NCBI RefSeq assembly: GCF_000150275.1
Contig: NW_002060956.1
Span: forward strand, 1,238,280 to 1,302,279
DNA length: 64,000 nucleotides
Direction of reading: 5' to 3'
Source of the DNA: Trichoplax adhaerens
Taxonomy: Eukaryota; Animalia; Placozoa
Of this stretch, positions 28,201-42,870 are shown one piece after another; position 1 is the stretch's first letter; each line of letters begins with the position of its first letter. The notes beneath the pieces are model-generated. The model saw only the letters and a list, made by a program, of their open reading frames with translations, made no database searches and was not told the origin of the DNA. Position numbers and translations under genes: made by a program.

Positions 28201-30389
28201 AGCTGTACAAGAGCAGTCAACAACAACAACAAGCAGCAATCAGCTATTAGCGACACCGACAACAGTGCAAGAAATGTCGACAAGCCGTATCTTAGCTCGT
28301 GAGAATGATTTATTAAATCAACAAGTTTGCGAATTAATGAATGAAGTCCAAAAATTGAAGAAATCGGCCTACAATGCTCAAGACGATGTCGATGCAAGCA
28401 ATGAATCACAACAGCTAACAAGCAACGATAAAATATTGCAACCGTTATTACAAGAAGTCAAGCAATTACGTAGCGATGTTAATCTCTTGAAGAAAATTTT
28501 AATCTCCAAAGCGTCATCGGATGAACAGCAAGATTTAGCCAATTTAGTGCGAGAATTAGCCTTGACGAGGAGCGATACAGCCGAAACATTATCCGGTATG
28601 TTTCTATTCTGTCTACTGTAAGCTATTTTTAGTATGGATTACTTTATTTCTTGATGAATAAAGATCACAATCTGTTTGATTTTAGATATGATTGATGAAA
28701 AGTCTTCTGTTATACTCGAAAGTGAGGGAAATAATATAGATGGTAAGTTAGGATAATACTGTAATTTATTGTGGCCTCCGTATTGAATTCTACAAATCCC
28801 AATAGCGATTCATAAAATAAATTCACTTTGCTTGTTCCGTTATTGAATCTTTCCATCAGTCTTATTTCCTACATTACTGTTTTGATATTACAATTAGCTA
28901 ATTGCTTTAGCTAATACTAATACATAGAACTGACTAATTCTTTAAAAGAGAATCCGACAAAAAAGCAATCAGCTTGATATGTACGAGTAGATACAGAAGT
29001 ATACTTTTTCTCAAGTGTTATTCAGGACTAGTTTTGCTTGCCATTGAAATTAAAATATCTGCAATCTTCCATGATTGGGAATAACTATGTATCGTAGGCG
29101 ATCTGAACTACACGAAATAGTCAAATTATTGCAAGATTAGTACCAAAATACTATAAAAGATTGTCGAGCTGTTGACATATAGATTCAATTATCCTTTAAA
29201 CAGGCATTTGTAAATTGATCAAGCTATTTAGCGAAAATATATAGCATAGGCACCAGTAATTATGCAAGTTCTAATTCTGTAACTTGCTTCAAAGCTTACA
29301 GTATAATTCTAAATAATTATAATTTAATCAAGCTGGCCAGCGATTACGGTATGGATTTAGTATACAAGCTGTACGAACGTTTGTTCTTTTTAATTTTTAT
29401 TTCTGTTGCCTAGTATAAGACTTCTGTTTACTTTCATAGACCTATTTAGAGTGTATAGTAGCTATCCAGCAAAATTCTGTGATTACTCTATACATTAATT
29501 ACGAATTATCACTATAGAAAAATTCAAATTTGACCTGTTTATCGGACTATCGGTATAGGCGAGTTGTCGATGTATAGATTCAATAGTGATATAATTCTTT
29601 AAATATATTTTCATAAATTGATCAAGCTATTAGCGAAAAAGATATAAAATCAGCGGCAGTAATAGTGAAAGTTTCGATTCTGCAACTTACGTCAAAGCTT
29701 ACTGTATAGTTCTTAACTGATGTCATCAAGTTATCCAGCGATTGCGGTATAGACTTAATATAAAGTATTGGTTCTTTCAGTTTTATTTCTGCACCTAGTT
29801 CAAGGCTTACGACTACTTTTATAGACCTATTTAGAGTGCACAGTAGCTATTTAGCAAAATATTTAATGGTTGCTCTATACACTGAATACGAATTATCTAT
29901 AAAATAATTTCAAATTTGACCAATTGGTAAGGCTATAGCTTAAATCGAGCTGTTGATCCAGTTTGAAAGGCTAAAGTTTAACTTTATGCAAATTTACAGC
30001 GAATAGTTGTAAAATGGCATTTATATGAATTGCTATTGTTATCAAAATTGCTCTAAATTAATTATTATCCTTTAGAATGATAATAAAGCTAGAGAATTCT
30101 TTATTAAAGTAAATAAAATTGCTAATTTAAGTCATTTATATTTATGAAACTACTTTAGAAAATGTCCGAGAAACCCGTGGAACAGCTGATATCAAAGATA
30201 ACGAGTGAGCTTACTATTCCTATCATTTAATATATTTATCCATACCTATCCTAACACTACCAATACTTTTTAAATTAGTTTAAAGTTGTGATATTAATAC
30301 GAGTATTGGAATTAAAAATTGTTTAATCAATTTCCTACTCATGTCGAGTTTATTCATTTCTATTTAGCGACGAAATGGTCATGGTTTAA
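25250..30389 (+). CDS. Sel1-like repeat protein, paralog 1 (SLR array + unknown domain + coiled coil)
   Basis: Exons 25250-28595 (first ATG, MDTMST), 28686-28742, 30159-30204, 30368-30389 (ends DNDDEMVMV*), all phase-compatible. SLR motifs: HFQLGYIYHHGFGSVPKNLNKAFYHYQLAS, AFHVLGYMYEQGLGCDIDYSRSACYYAYAA, YHIGVMYQYGYGVKADGGKAIDFYRLA. The small 3' exons are less certain than the large one. Confidence 0.85.
29160..29960. repeat. Degenerate intronic tandem duplication, ~395 bp x2
   Basis: gag.tgt.ga..tatagattcaa at ~29166 and ~29561; taaattgatcaagctatt and catagacctatttagagtg occur in both copies. Confidence 0.8.
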
Positions 30390-32439
30390 GAAATGGCCAG
30401 AATAAGAACGAAGCGTGGATAAGAATATCATTAACATCGCACTATAGCTACTTTAGAAAATACGATCCATTTGATATTCTGTCTACTGCAGAAAAAATTT
30501 TGAATACATATTTCCTGAATATTATGTGAAACTTTACTAGTCTTAACTACAGATACGATGCTACTATTTTTAAGATACATAATCAAAGCATGAATCCGCG
30601 AATCCTGTTTTTATCCTAAATTATGTTTAAATAATAAAACATATACCTTTCTAATCATTTTTATATCAACCTAAACTATCATTTGCTATGGATTTGCCAA
30701 ATTTTACATTAAAAATTTCATCAGCAATTCTATATTGCAATGATCACTACGCTTGATTACCTATCCGTTTTGCCGAATTTGTATACTTAAAAACATTGAA
30801 TATATCACGAATATGATAGGCAAAACATTACTGCGCCTTTTTGACCATTGATTGAGCCAAAAAATAATTTTTTGCTCACCAAATTGAATATGCAATTAAT
30901 CTTTTTATGGAAAATGATCGCCTCAATTTTGTCATATAGATATTGGAGAAAATTTATCAATCATCACTTATGTTAACAATATTTGCAATGAAAATCTTGC
31001 TAGACATGTAATAATAAAAGATACGAATAGAATTTACACGACTCTATATTCATTTTTATACTCTTAATTAATTATGATGTGTTATTAGCCTTGATATTTC
31101 AATCGTTATGAGTTTCGTAACTATTTTTGATCATTTACTCTTCTTTTGTAACTATTTTATGGCAAGAATGGTCTAATTTAACCTGTTATGCCTAAACCTA
31201 TATTGAGACACTATAAGATACTACATCTATCACCTTTATCCTTGAAACTGAAATCGACAGTAGAGTAGGATTTGCTTTGAGTCGCTTATTTATCCTTTCT
31301 CGTTTAATCCGTTGCATTTGATAGCGAGAATAGCCAATGTTAACCTGTTATCTCTTCATAAAATTAAGATACAGAGAATATGCTACTCATTTTTGAAAGT
31401 AAAATCTATAGTACAAAAACATGGCAAATTTTGAGATATTTATAAGTAAACTCGTCTAGGCTGAAGCAAATTGTGTCAGCTGATCAAAAATAATATCATA
31501 GCATTATAAAACGAAAGTATAAAATCTAAATTAGCATTTTTAAACTCTATTTATAGTCCGTGGCTAGATATTCCAATTAAGTATTTTGTGAGACATTCAA
31601 GAAGGGAAAACCGTCTTTATCGAGATATACAAGTACATCATTGTACTCTAATTTATAGCAAGCTAATTAACTTGATTTATGAGACAAATTGGAAATACAC
31701 AACGATAGCTAAGGATAACTTTGCCCTTTCTTGCTTTCCTCTTAATTTACTTGCTATGATAGCAGCATAATGAAGATTTGTTTTTAGGATTCTACTTCAA
31801 GTTTCTGTATTGAAACAAGTGTTGTGGCTTTAAAAAGATTACAACATACTTTGCTAAACCCAAACTTGATTGAAAAGTCAGTCCATTAATAGTTTATTTA
31901 AATCAATACAGTTATTAGTAGTTAGATAATATTATACAACTGTGCACTTATCTATTTAAAACATGCATAAAATCATAGATAAATTAATATCGTTACATTC
32001 CTAGATAAGTAATCTTGCAGAAACTATGTTACAGTAGCTATTAACCCTCTTATACCAAGTTGAACCTAAACTTGATTAAAAAATCATTCAATTTATAGTA
32101 AATTTGCATCAATATCAGTTATCAGTGTTTATATAATATTATAAAAGTATACACTTATCTATTAAAAATATGTATAAGGTCATCTTGAGGAGCTATGATA
32201 AAAGTAATTTTATTTAAGAGGAAAATTGGAATTCATCAGAAATTAATCGTTGTAGTATAGGTAACGGCTAGAAAATCAATTAGTTTTTAAAGTCCATTTT
32301 CATAAATCACTAAAGACTTTATTACTAGGCTGAAAGTGATGGTAAACTTGATAAATTAATTTAAAACCAATTTGCAATATTGATGAGAATCTAGGATAGC
32401 GATATTATACGTTAGGTAAGACTCTGCTAAAGATAAAAG

Positions 32440-33060
32440 GCCAATGATACGGATGCTAATTAAAAGAATTTAGCAATATAATGATCAGTGAGGATAGATT
32501 TATTAAAGGAAAGGAGAGGATTATGAATTCTTGCACGACACTACTCATAGCATGTATAGTAAAGTCATTTCAAGACCAATTAGCTCAATCCTAACTAAAA
32601 TTGAGCAATTTGTCCATCCTTCCCTATGTTTTACACCATGCTAGAAATAGTTATTCCCACTATTATCGAAACATGATTCCTATCTGATCTATTCTAAACT
32701 CAATTATTCTACTCCACTAATGGTATTGACACTATTAAAAAATCTTTAAGGATAACTTTATCGTTCTGATGGAGGTCAATGGTATGAATAATCATTAAAA
32801 GAATTTATCGATATGATGATCGCTGAAGATAGTGTATTAAAGGAAGGGAAAGATTATTCATTCTTACACTGTACTACATGTCATAGCATCTAGTTGATGG
32901 AGTTCAAGGCCAATTTAGCTCAACGATAACTAAGGATAAGCAATTTGTCCTTTCTTTCCTATGTCTTTCACCAAGACCGAAAGAGTCATTCGTACTACTA
33001 GCAAGCTGTCATTCTCATCGACTCTATTCTAAACTAAACTCTTCTACCCCTTATCCACCA
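32440..33060. repeat. Degenerate tandem duplication, ~335 bp x2
   Basis: taaaagaattta..atat.atgatc at ~32461 and ~32797; ccaatttagctcaa and gcaatttgtcc occur in both copies. Confidence 0.75.
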
Positions 33061-34590
33061 TTTTGCCGTTCATGGAATTAGAATATCCAATTCTAATCAT
33101 GACAAATCTTTACAGAGTACTAACAAATAGCCATTACCTATAGACAACTGAATGACGTCAATTGGAGTAAGGCTAATTAAGTTAGCCTTCTCTACTAACC
33201 AATGATAATGTCTAAGTAGACAATTCTCTTTGAAAAGAGGACTAATCCTTGCTGGCACTTGGACGCATTGGAACTCTATACTATTGGATAAGCAATCCAG
33301 TCTCTCATGTTACCATATGTTAACAACATACTGCATCGATCAATTAAATACTTCTTCTATAGCGATTGGATGCAAGCATGATTGTGCGAAAATTTGCTTT
33401 TGTCCCCGTTATTATCATGTAAACTAGGATGGCACAAGTATAAAGCCATTGATGTCTGCTTCCATTGGAGGTCCATGTATGAAGAGTAGAAGAAGAATGT
33501 TGAAAGTAGAGTAGAGTAGAGGATACCCACATTTTTCCATATAATAAATCAATACAGCAAGTGGTAGTAGTTGTGCTAGTAAGTTGAAATTGATATTGAA
33601 ATTTATGGACAATGAAAGCTCAAGCTAAGTTTAGAATGGAGTCAAGACTGCTCTAGTTGCCTTCAATCAATATCGATCCAATTTTTATTCCTTTATTTTT
33701 CTACCTTAACCCTATCGAAAGACAGCGCTAGTAATCCTGAATTCGATCCAATCTCCTCAAGTTCTCCTTCCTTGTTTCTTTTTTATTCTTGCTTAGTCAT
33801 CAATCGACTCATTAAGATTTCAAAGAAGCCTGACGACATTGATATCAGCCATCTCTGTAGGATAGAGCTTTGATGATTGACGTGGTCTACACTGCTTAAA
33901 TCATTACATCCCTGTCCATGACATTGACATTGATAGAAAGGGAAATTACAGCCATTTCTACCTTATTACAACTAGCAATAAAAACAGGAATATCCACATT
34001 TGTTTCTACAGCTTCAAATGACAGAAAGGATTCATACTATGTATCAATGATAGCATCAATACGACTTTAATGATTGCCGACCATTAAAAGATTATTCTTC
34101 CGTCTACTAACCGTAGTGGAATTTCTTCATAGCAAGATCAATCTATTCCTTTTTTAGTCAATATTACGTCCAATAATAAAGACGATAGGCAAGTAATGAT
34201 CCAAAAGATTTCAATCACAACCAGGTATTAACATCTAATTTTCCTTATCTTAAAGTACGGAGATTTCCTGCTAGTAAAGTCAAGACCATCTCTTGTCGCT
34301 AGGATCTCTAATTACATTAGTGATCACTTACAAAAGCTAATCTCGCTCTAAACACAAGGAAGAAAAGTAATTAAAAATTAAATTATTACGGTAATTGACT
34401 GGATGTTACTAAAATACAATTATTGTTATTATTGGTAATCAGCAAGGAGAGTTGTTTTTATTTCTACGAAAAAATTAATACAGTAGGATTAAGTCAAAAA
34501 GTAAATCAAAACAATTCCATAGAAAGTGATCCCTAGACCTACTGCTTGGCCAATCTTCTTCCCCTTGTATTCTGCATTCAATCGATCGTG

Positions 34591-37500
34591 ATGGAAGAAA
34601 TTGCTCCTATGTTGGAGAAATTCATCCAGGATGATTACATCAATCAAGCAATCCTGGACGCCAAAGAAGATTGTCTACATCATTGCCAAAGTGAAAATAA
34701 CGCTCATGCCTATTACCAATTAGGACAATTTTATTATCAGGATTGGAGTGATAACCAACTTAGCGATTTAAGTAAAGCATTAAATTATTTCGAAAAAGCA
34801 TCACAAGGTAACCATCCTATTGCTATGTATATGCTATATGTATTACTAGGTAACCATGAAGAAGAGGTTCAAAAATTATACGGTCATCTCAGTGAACAAG
34901 ATTTAATGTTAAAACGTGGTAAATTATGCTTGAAAGCAGCTTCTCAAGGTAGGCGATCATGCAATGCCCATAAAGAAATAACCCATACTATTATTCATTC
35001 TATCTCATGGCGCGAGACTTATTTGAAGATATTAGAAGAATATAAGCAAACGATTGAAATAGAAGAGAAAAATCTACAAAGTGAGAACTTAGGCCAACTA
35101 TATAATATGGTTGCTTATTTATTATGGATGACCAATGAAGAACGAGATTTACAAATTTTTACGCAAGCCATTAACTATTTTAAAAAATCGTCATGGCAAT
35201 ACCAGTATGCTGCTGGTTATTATAACTTAGCCGATTGGGCATTATCTGCTTATGCTAATATTATTGATGACGATTTCGATGAGGATATTACTGAGTGCAT
35301 GAAATTGGCCGGTGAATTAGGCCATCCATTAGCCTTATATCATTTAGCCAATGAAAGTATTAATCCAGACAGTGATTCCAATCAACGCAACATGCGAATG
35401 AGCGATTACTTAACGCGTTCGTCTACAAGTCTTGGCTATGCCGAGACTTTAGTCTGTTTAGGTTGTCTACATTTACATGGTATTAATGATGGCCAATCGG
35501 ATTTTAAATTAGCTAAACGCTATTTCCGACAAGCTTGCTTAGCACCTAGTTATGAAGAATCGCATTGGATTGGTAGTCATTGGGCCTATCATCAACTAGC
35601 TTATATCTTTGAAAAAGGTTTGGATGATACAAAACAATATTCCTTAGCCGGTAGCTTATATGCACAGGCTGGACTATTGAAAAATTATCATTCATTTTGT
35701 AAATTAGCCAAGTTAATTGAGAAAAAGAGATTAGAAAATGCCAATATAGCCCTTGCAATTCGATTATATCAGACTGCAGCTACCTATGATGAAGATACTG
35801 CAGGATACGCTAATTATCGCTTAGGTAAGATTTACCTCAACGATGCTGAACATGTTGATGCTAATAAATCCAAGCGTTGCTTTCGGCTAGCTTATAAATT
35901 TTATAAATCGGAAATTGAATTATGCGCTAATGCTGGCCACTATTATCGCTTGGGTTTAATGCATCATTTTGGCTATGGCATTGGATTAGATCAAACGAAA
36001 GCAAGTAAATTATATCAAAAATGTATCTACGAAGCACGCTTATCGCATAATATTTCTATCAGACATTATCGTCAAAAAGCAATCAACAAATTAAATATTC
36101 TCTTTGATGATGAAAATTATAGCCAACAATTAGCTCATCAAGCTCCTACGACAATGCAATCCATGATGGAAAAAGTTAGTCGTTTTGATGATCCATCATG
36201 GCAGGAAATGTTAGGGTTAGATCAAGCGGCTGTATTGGAAGAAAATCATGCCTTGAAAAAACGCATGTCCCAAATTGAGGAAACACTAGAATTGATGAAA
36301 AAGAGGTTAACATTAAATATCAGTGATCAACAACAACTACCCATTCATGAGCAGACTATTACAGAAGAACAATTTTCGTCTCCTCAATCTGACCAAAATG
36401 AGAATAATAGCCAACAAGTCGAAGATGACGGTAATTTCTCTATCTATCATTAAAAATAGTCTGTTTTACTTCATGATAAACTAGTGCCTACAACTTTATT
36501 CTATTTAACGTAGCTGAAGTGGATTGAGTAAAGGCTGCAATTATGAAAGAGAAAACTAGTTCTATTTCGTGATTTACATAAACATATTCAATTTAAAGCA
36601 CTATGGTTAGGATAGGCATATAACATAGAAAATAGCCTACTGTACTGTAAGTCTGATCAATTTTTTGCTATGTCTTTAAAAAATGGAATGGATTGAGTGA
36701 AAGTGAAAATGTAAGAGAAAATTGAGGTGTGCTACTTTACGGATAGAATCGTTTAAGGCTAAATGGACAAGAATATCAACTAGACCTATTTAGCGACTTA
36801 CATTAACGTATTCAATTTAACAAACGCATATATAGAGACACATAAACATGGTTAGGATAAGTATATAACATAAAAAATAGTATAGCGTACTGTAAATCTG
36901 ATTAATGGGATAGATCGAGTGAAATTGAAATTATGAGAGCAATTTAAAATGTGCCTCTTGTTTAAGGCTAAGTAGACATACTTAGGAGTGGAACAGACGA
37001 ATCGGAATACTTAACCCCATAGTTTCACCAGTTTGAAGAAACAGAGAACATGGATTAGAAATAGTTTACTATTCTTTTTATCCATTTAGTGTAAATAGAT
37101 CACATCATTCTTACCAAGATGAAGTAATTAAAACTAAAATCATAAAAGAGATTAGTCATAAGTGATATACAATTTCTGGAATTGTTTAACGTTAAAATGT
37201 ACATGCATCGATATAAAATAGACGCGTTGAAATGGTCTATTATACTTTTCATGAACTTAGTGTCTATTAATATATCATTTTTACCTAAGATTAAAGCGAT
37301 TAAAAGTGGATTTATTAAAGATTGGCATACTATAGTATATGATTTCTAGAATTTATTAATGCAGAAATAGGCATTATTAGATATGGAATAGATGGGTCGA
37401 AAATGATCTAGTATACATTCATAAATTTAGTATCTGTTATTTATAACAACATCATTTTAATCAGAACTGGAACCTTAAAAGAGAAGATTGTGCATTCTAT

Positions 37501-38637
37501 GTAATTTCTGGAATTGTTTAAAGTCGGAAAATGCACATGTATAGACATAGACTAGATGCACAGAAATAGTCTACTGTGCTTTTCGTCAATAAATAGATAT
37601 GTATACGTGTAGATACCCAGACTGAAAACAGTCTGCTCTACTTTATATCAATTAAGTAATTATGACAATATCATTTAACGTAAGATTTGATTAATTACAA
37701 CTGGAGGTATCATAAAGAAGATTTAGCAAAGTATGTTAATCTTGGAAATCTTTAAAGCAAAAAAATCACATGCAGAGATGTGTATTAATGGTACAGAAAT
37801 AGTCTACTATTCATTGATTTATAGATATACTTGTTGTATATGATATAAACTGAAAACAGTCTGCTACATATTTAATCAATTTAGTGCCTACCATCATATC
37901 ATTCCTAGGAAAAAATGGAGTAGCTTAATTAAAGTTAGATTCATAAAGAGAATATTAAGCCTATTAAATGATTACTAGAATTGCCTAAAGTTAAAATATG
38001 CTTTATAAGATATACGGTAGAATAGAGGCATCAACATTATCGACGAAGTTTCATCAGTTTAGTATCTAGGATCATATTTTTCTACAAAAGATTGGACTAA
38101 TTAAAATGGAAACTATGAAATAGAAAATTAGGCATACTATGTGATTATAGAATTATTTATAGCTAGCATATACATGCAGAAATAAGGAATCAATGCATCG
38201 AAATAGTCTACTGTATTTTCATGAGTTTAGTCTCTAGAACTAGCATTAAGATTTGAACTCGTATAACGTACTGTCCAGTGGCAGGCTATTTGTTCCTTCT
38301 TTCCGAAAAGTGGGATAGCTTACCTGTTTCAATACTTTTACCCTACCTAATGACGAATTTGATCTTCTATTTTCCTCGATACTAATCCATTTTTGTATTT
38401 TTATCTACTATAGTTTACATAGATGGTGTCAAGCTACGAAAAAAGAAAGCCAGTCCTTCAACTCCCGTCAAAACAAATAATATACAACCATCTCGAGGCT
38501 CTCCTAATTTAGCCAATGAGAATCAACAGTTAAAGCAAGCTAATAACAGATTAACTCTTGAAGTTTCCGAGCTGAAAGAACAAGTTAAGAGATTATCAGT
38601 TATTATTAATAAGGCCTCAAAAGAAACTGACTTATAA
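34591..38637 (+). CDS. Sel1-like repeat protein, paralog 2 (SLR array + two coiled coils)
   Basis: Exons 34591-36430 (MEEIAP...VEDD, phase-1 donor gtaatt) and 38423-38637 (DGVKLRKKK...LANENQQLKQANNRLTLEVSELKEQVKRL...KETDL*). SLR motifs: YHQLAYIFEKGL, YYRLGLMHHFGYGIGLDQTKASKLYQK. Shares CKLAKLIEK and GYANYRLGK with paralog 1. Confidence 0.85.
37040..38250. repeat. Highly degenerate intronic tandem array, ~6-7 units of ~165-235 bp
   Basis: aaatagtctact-like motif at ~37059, 37230, 37400, 37564, 37797 and 38201; ttctggaattgttta-like at ~37173, 37343, 37506, 37741, 37972 and 38144. Confidence 0.7.
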
Positions 38638-41600
38638 CGTTCAGAGACAAACTGGCTAGCGAACTCTTCTCAAGATTGTCTTGCATATCTTCGACTATGA
38701 TCAACTTCAAAGTCCCAAATTATCGTATTCGCCATAAACTAATGAATAGACGATATTAATCTCAAAATAGTCAAGATATTGCTCCTAATGTAAATAAATT
38801 AACCATAAAAGTGAAAATCTATGTTTATAGTATCACTTGAGCTTGATACCCTATTTAAAAACAGACTGCACCGTTGCCGTCTAATTCCCTACAGGAATAG
38901 TATTTGTTGACGATAAAAAAGTGCTCGATAGCTTGCCAGGATCAATTTTCTCCTACATGATAGTCTTCATCTATCGAAATATCATCTGAATCTCGGTAGA
39001 AATGAACTTTACATAAATTACTTCTAAAAATATCAATGCTTTTCTACTTTTAATACGAATCATAAAGATAGCCTATAACAAGTCTTTCAATCAATTGTTG
39101 AAAGTTATAACTTAATCATTTTGAGAAGAACTTACCAGAAGCAAGGCAAAAGCAACCAGTTTCCCTTCAGCCATCGTTTTTGAGTAAAATAACTCGTGGT
39201 TATATAATATGAACGTCTTAGCGAGACTAAATAACAACGACTTACAGCTACATCGGATTCCAGTAATCAAGAAGCCTTTATTTGAGTTCGAGTGATCAAC
39301 TACCAATCACCATCGATGGTATTGCAACAATCAAAGGCTAAAACCATATGATTGAAATAAAAGGGTGGACTGCTTAAAATAGATGGTATAAATTACTGAA
39401 CATTTATAAGGGTTCTAAAAAGAACTCCAATTCATCATCGTTGATAACTTGCAAGACTGAAATTTATGATTGAAATGGACGGCCCATATTAAGAATTTTC
39501 TTCTCCAAATGCGTTTACAGTGCTCGTAAAATCAACCATCGAGAGCACTGTTGTAGGGCTTAAATCGAAGAAACTACCCTATCGAATAGAATAAAAAGCA
39601 TCATTATAATTGATTACTCAAATTTTCTTAAATGTGTAATTCATTCCATATAAGTTAGGTAAAAGAATCTACACTTCCTTACTTTACTTCAAAATTTAAG
39701 CTAAAAATATTCAAAGCTGTCGTTCAATCACTTTCATAATTTATTTTATGCAATCTTATATACTAGTAGGCTGTAATTCTACCAATGAATTAAATTTAAT
39801 AACGTACATTCATTCTTTCTTGGCATTGGTAAAATGTTCATGGAATAGCTTTACTTCATGTGAACTAACGTTAGCATTTCTCATCTGTTCCATGATAATT
39901 AATAAGCTATTTCTGTCGCGATGATTTATTCATATTCTATACGACGTAAATTTTACAACTTTTATAAACTCTTTCTTCCTCTACTTTATAATCATAACTT
40001 GCTATAATTCATTCTTTTGTTCGTAACTATCGTATAAATGAATGAGCACATTTTTACTTTATTTAACCCATATCACACTGTAAGTAAATTATAGGTATGG
40101 AGTTTAAGATTTACTAACTATAAAATTCGATGAATGTAAGATTTCATTCATTCCACAATTTCCAATCTACTGTAAACCTTTCATTTTAGAAACTCAACGG
40201 AGACTGTAAGCATTCCATTCAATCTGTTTATAATCTTCAATCAAGTAAAACTGATTAATATAATTACATCTTTTCTTAATCATTTTTAGCTATACCTACT
40301 CAATTTATGATATAAAAATATCTAGTAGGAAGTAATTTATCACTCTACAACATCCAATTTAATAATCATTTGCAGGGTGTATATCTTCATCCGTAGGTAT
40401 CTAGCATGACAAAATATTTTAACTTTTCTTCTTTCATATCATGTTGGACGATTGATTAACATCCATGTTTCAATATCTAATCAAATATTGATTGGAAACT
40501 AATAGAATCCCTTCTCGACAAAGCTAAAGTCTTTTGACAATGTCGTTTACTATTTAAAGTTATCATTAAATAACCGCCAACGGAGAAAATGTCTCTTCGT
40601 CTCTTCTTTTAATAAAAATGAATCTTATGATGCTTTTACCTTGTTGCCAATTGCTCTAAGACGAAACATCATATAAGAAATATCTCGAGCTACTCGATTC
40701 TCTGTACCACTGGCAGTAGCTACAGAGCCAAATAAAAAATCTTTTCCTATTTTTAACTTATCTTTGAATGTAGGAAAATTACTGTCTCGATTTCTTCTTT
40801 CTACGTTATCATTAGAAACTAAACATTTTAGGATAGGTAATTAAGCATGTTGCCAATGGCTTTAGGTTGGATACCTTATCAAGAAAAATATTCAATCACT
40901 CCCACCTCTAGGCTACGATATAATTAACGATTACTTCAGAACAAAAATGAAATCGTTTGGAATTCTACATTGCTATTTTATGTTATCGATTAACGAGAAA
41001 AAGACTTTCTCATTTTCTTAATCTAATCTATTATTGAAAAGTATAACTGATAGTACTTTGCCCCGTTGTAATTGCCTAACATTGGAATACCTTATGAAGA
41101 AAATATTAAACTCTTATGAAGAAAAATACCAAGCTATTTAAAATACATTCTAACTCTCTCATTCCACTGACATCATTATAATTTTATAATGTTAATGAAA
41201 TAATCCTATATTTTATTAATTAATCAATCCGCGTTCCTATCTGTAATCCTTCATATACAGTATTACTACTAAGCCGCCCTAAAAAATTTCTCATATTAAG
41301 CGATTTGTTTGATGCATATTTGAGATAGTTTATATAAGAAAGATCGCTATCATATGCAGCTTAGTCTCCATTTACCCCATGAATTGGAGTTCTACCACAA
41401 TAGTAAAGTACTGTAATCGTAGATTGTAATAATTAATCTGTTAACCTCATAGTTGATAGTTGATAGGGTATGCATATTACTAAATGAATAATATATTAAC
41501 ACTAAAGTAATCGTCGATTTTAATAATTAATTAATCCGTTAACCTTATAGTTGATAAGGTAAATGTATTGCTAAATGAATGATATATAACGCTTTTGATG

Positions 41601-42369
41601 TGGATTGAAGCTGGCATATAGTATCCGGAAATATCAAAACTGTTTGTTTTTATATGCAGATTAATCCTAATTTAGGTTTATGGCTATATTTTTGGGGTTC
41701 TACCAAAATAGTAAAGTATCAACCGATATCAACAATCAACCAGTAAATTTGCTTTTCATTCTACTTTACAGTACAATTCAATTCTAAGTAAATTTCATAT
41801 TGTGCTTAGAACATGAATAACCTCAACTTTACAGGAAAATATTGATGCAATGTAGCGAGAGCACGCCATGTAGCTATTGGTAATTGTGTCTAAACAAATA
41901 CTGCATCCTTTCATCTCGTACAATCCACGTAAAAATTGCATGACCCTAATTCTTAGCAGTAAAAGCTCTCCAAGGCAACGTAACCTTTCTAATCAGCGAA
42001 TCAATGGAACATTCTTTTGCTCATTGTTGGTCTATATATTCCCATGTGGATTGATCAAATAAAATATATATATATATACATTATGTCGCCAACTATTTCA
42101 GACTACAACGGAAACAAAAAAAATATATGTCAATAGATGGCGTCTACTAGCAATTATTCTTGTTCTGCCATGGCTTTTAGATTGCCTTGGTGAACTATTT
42201 CAAATTACCCATAAGACAAGAGTAATTTCACTTCATATTACCTACTGGGGATAGTAATTGCTTTGCCAGCTGTTAACTCTTATCAAACTGTTTGAACTAT
42301 CAATTAGGTCAAAAATTATTTCAATTTTATTATATTATCTGGTCGTTCTTATTATTGCCTTTCCATAGC

Positions 42370-42870
42370 AAGATCAACCAGAAAATATTTTAGACCAAGC
42401 CCTCGATCATTATGTTAGACAATGAAATGCAAAAATGATCAGAATGTATCCTATCTATGAATGTTAGCTATTAATTTATTCTTTCATTAAATCGATCGCT
42501 AATTACTCTATATTTTAAATCGAAGGTAAAAGATTGAAATACAGAAAACATTTTAAACTAAGCCCTAGAATATTATATTTGACGATAAAATTAAAAATGA
42601 TCAGAATTCATCCTGTCTATGGATGATAGCCGTTGATTTACTCCTCTAATAAATCTATCATTAATTACTCGACATTTTAAATCTAGGGAAAAAGATTTAT
42701 ACCCACAAAGTATCTTAGACCAAGCCCTCGAATATTATATTAAATAATGAAAGGCAAAAAACGACCGGAATTCATCAGTTCCATGGATGATAGCCATCAA
42801 TTTATTTCTTCTTTAATTCGATCGCTAATTATTCTACATTTTAAATCTAAAGTAGAATGATTGAAATCAA
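42370..42870. repeat. Degenerate tandem repeat, ~163 bp x3
   Basis: aagccct at ~42397, 42560 and 42722; aaaatgatcagaat and attttaaatc recur with the same period. Confidence 0.8.
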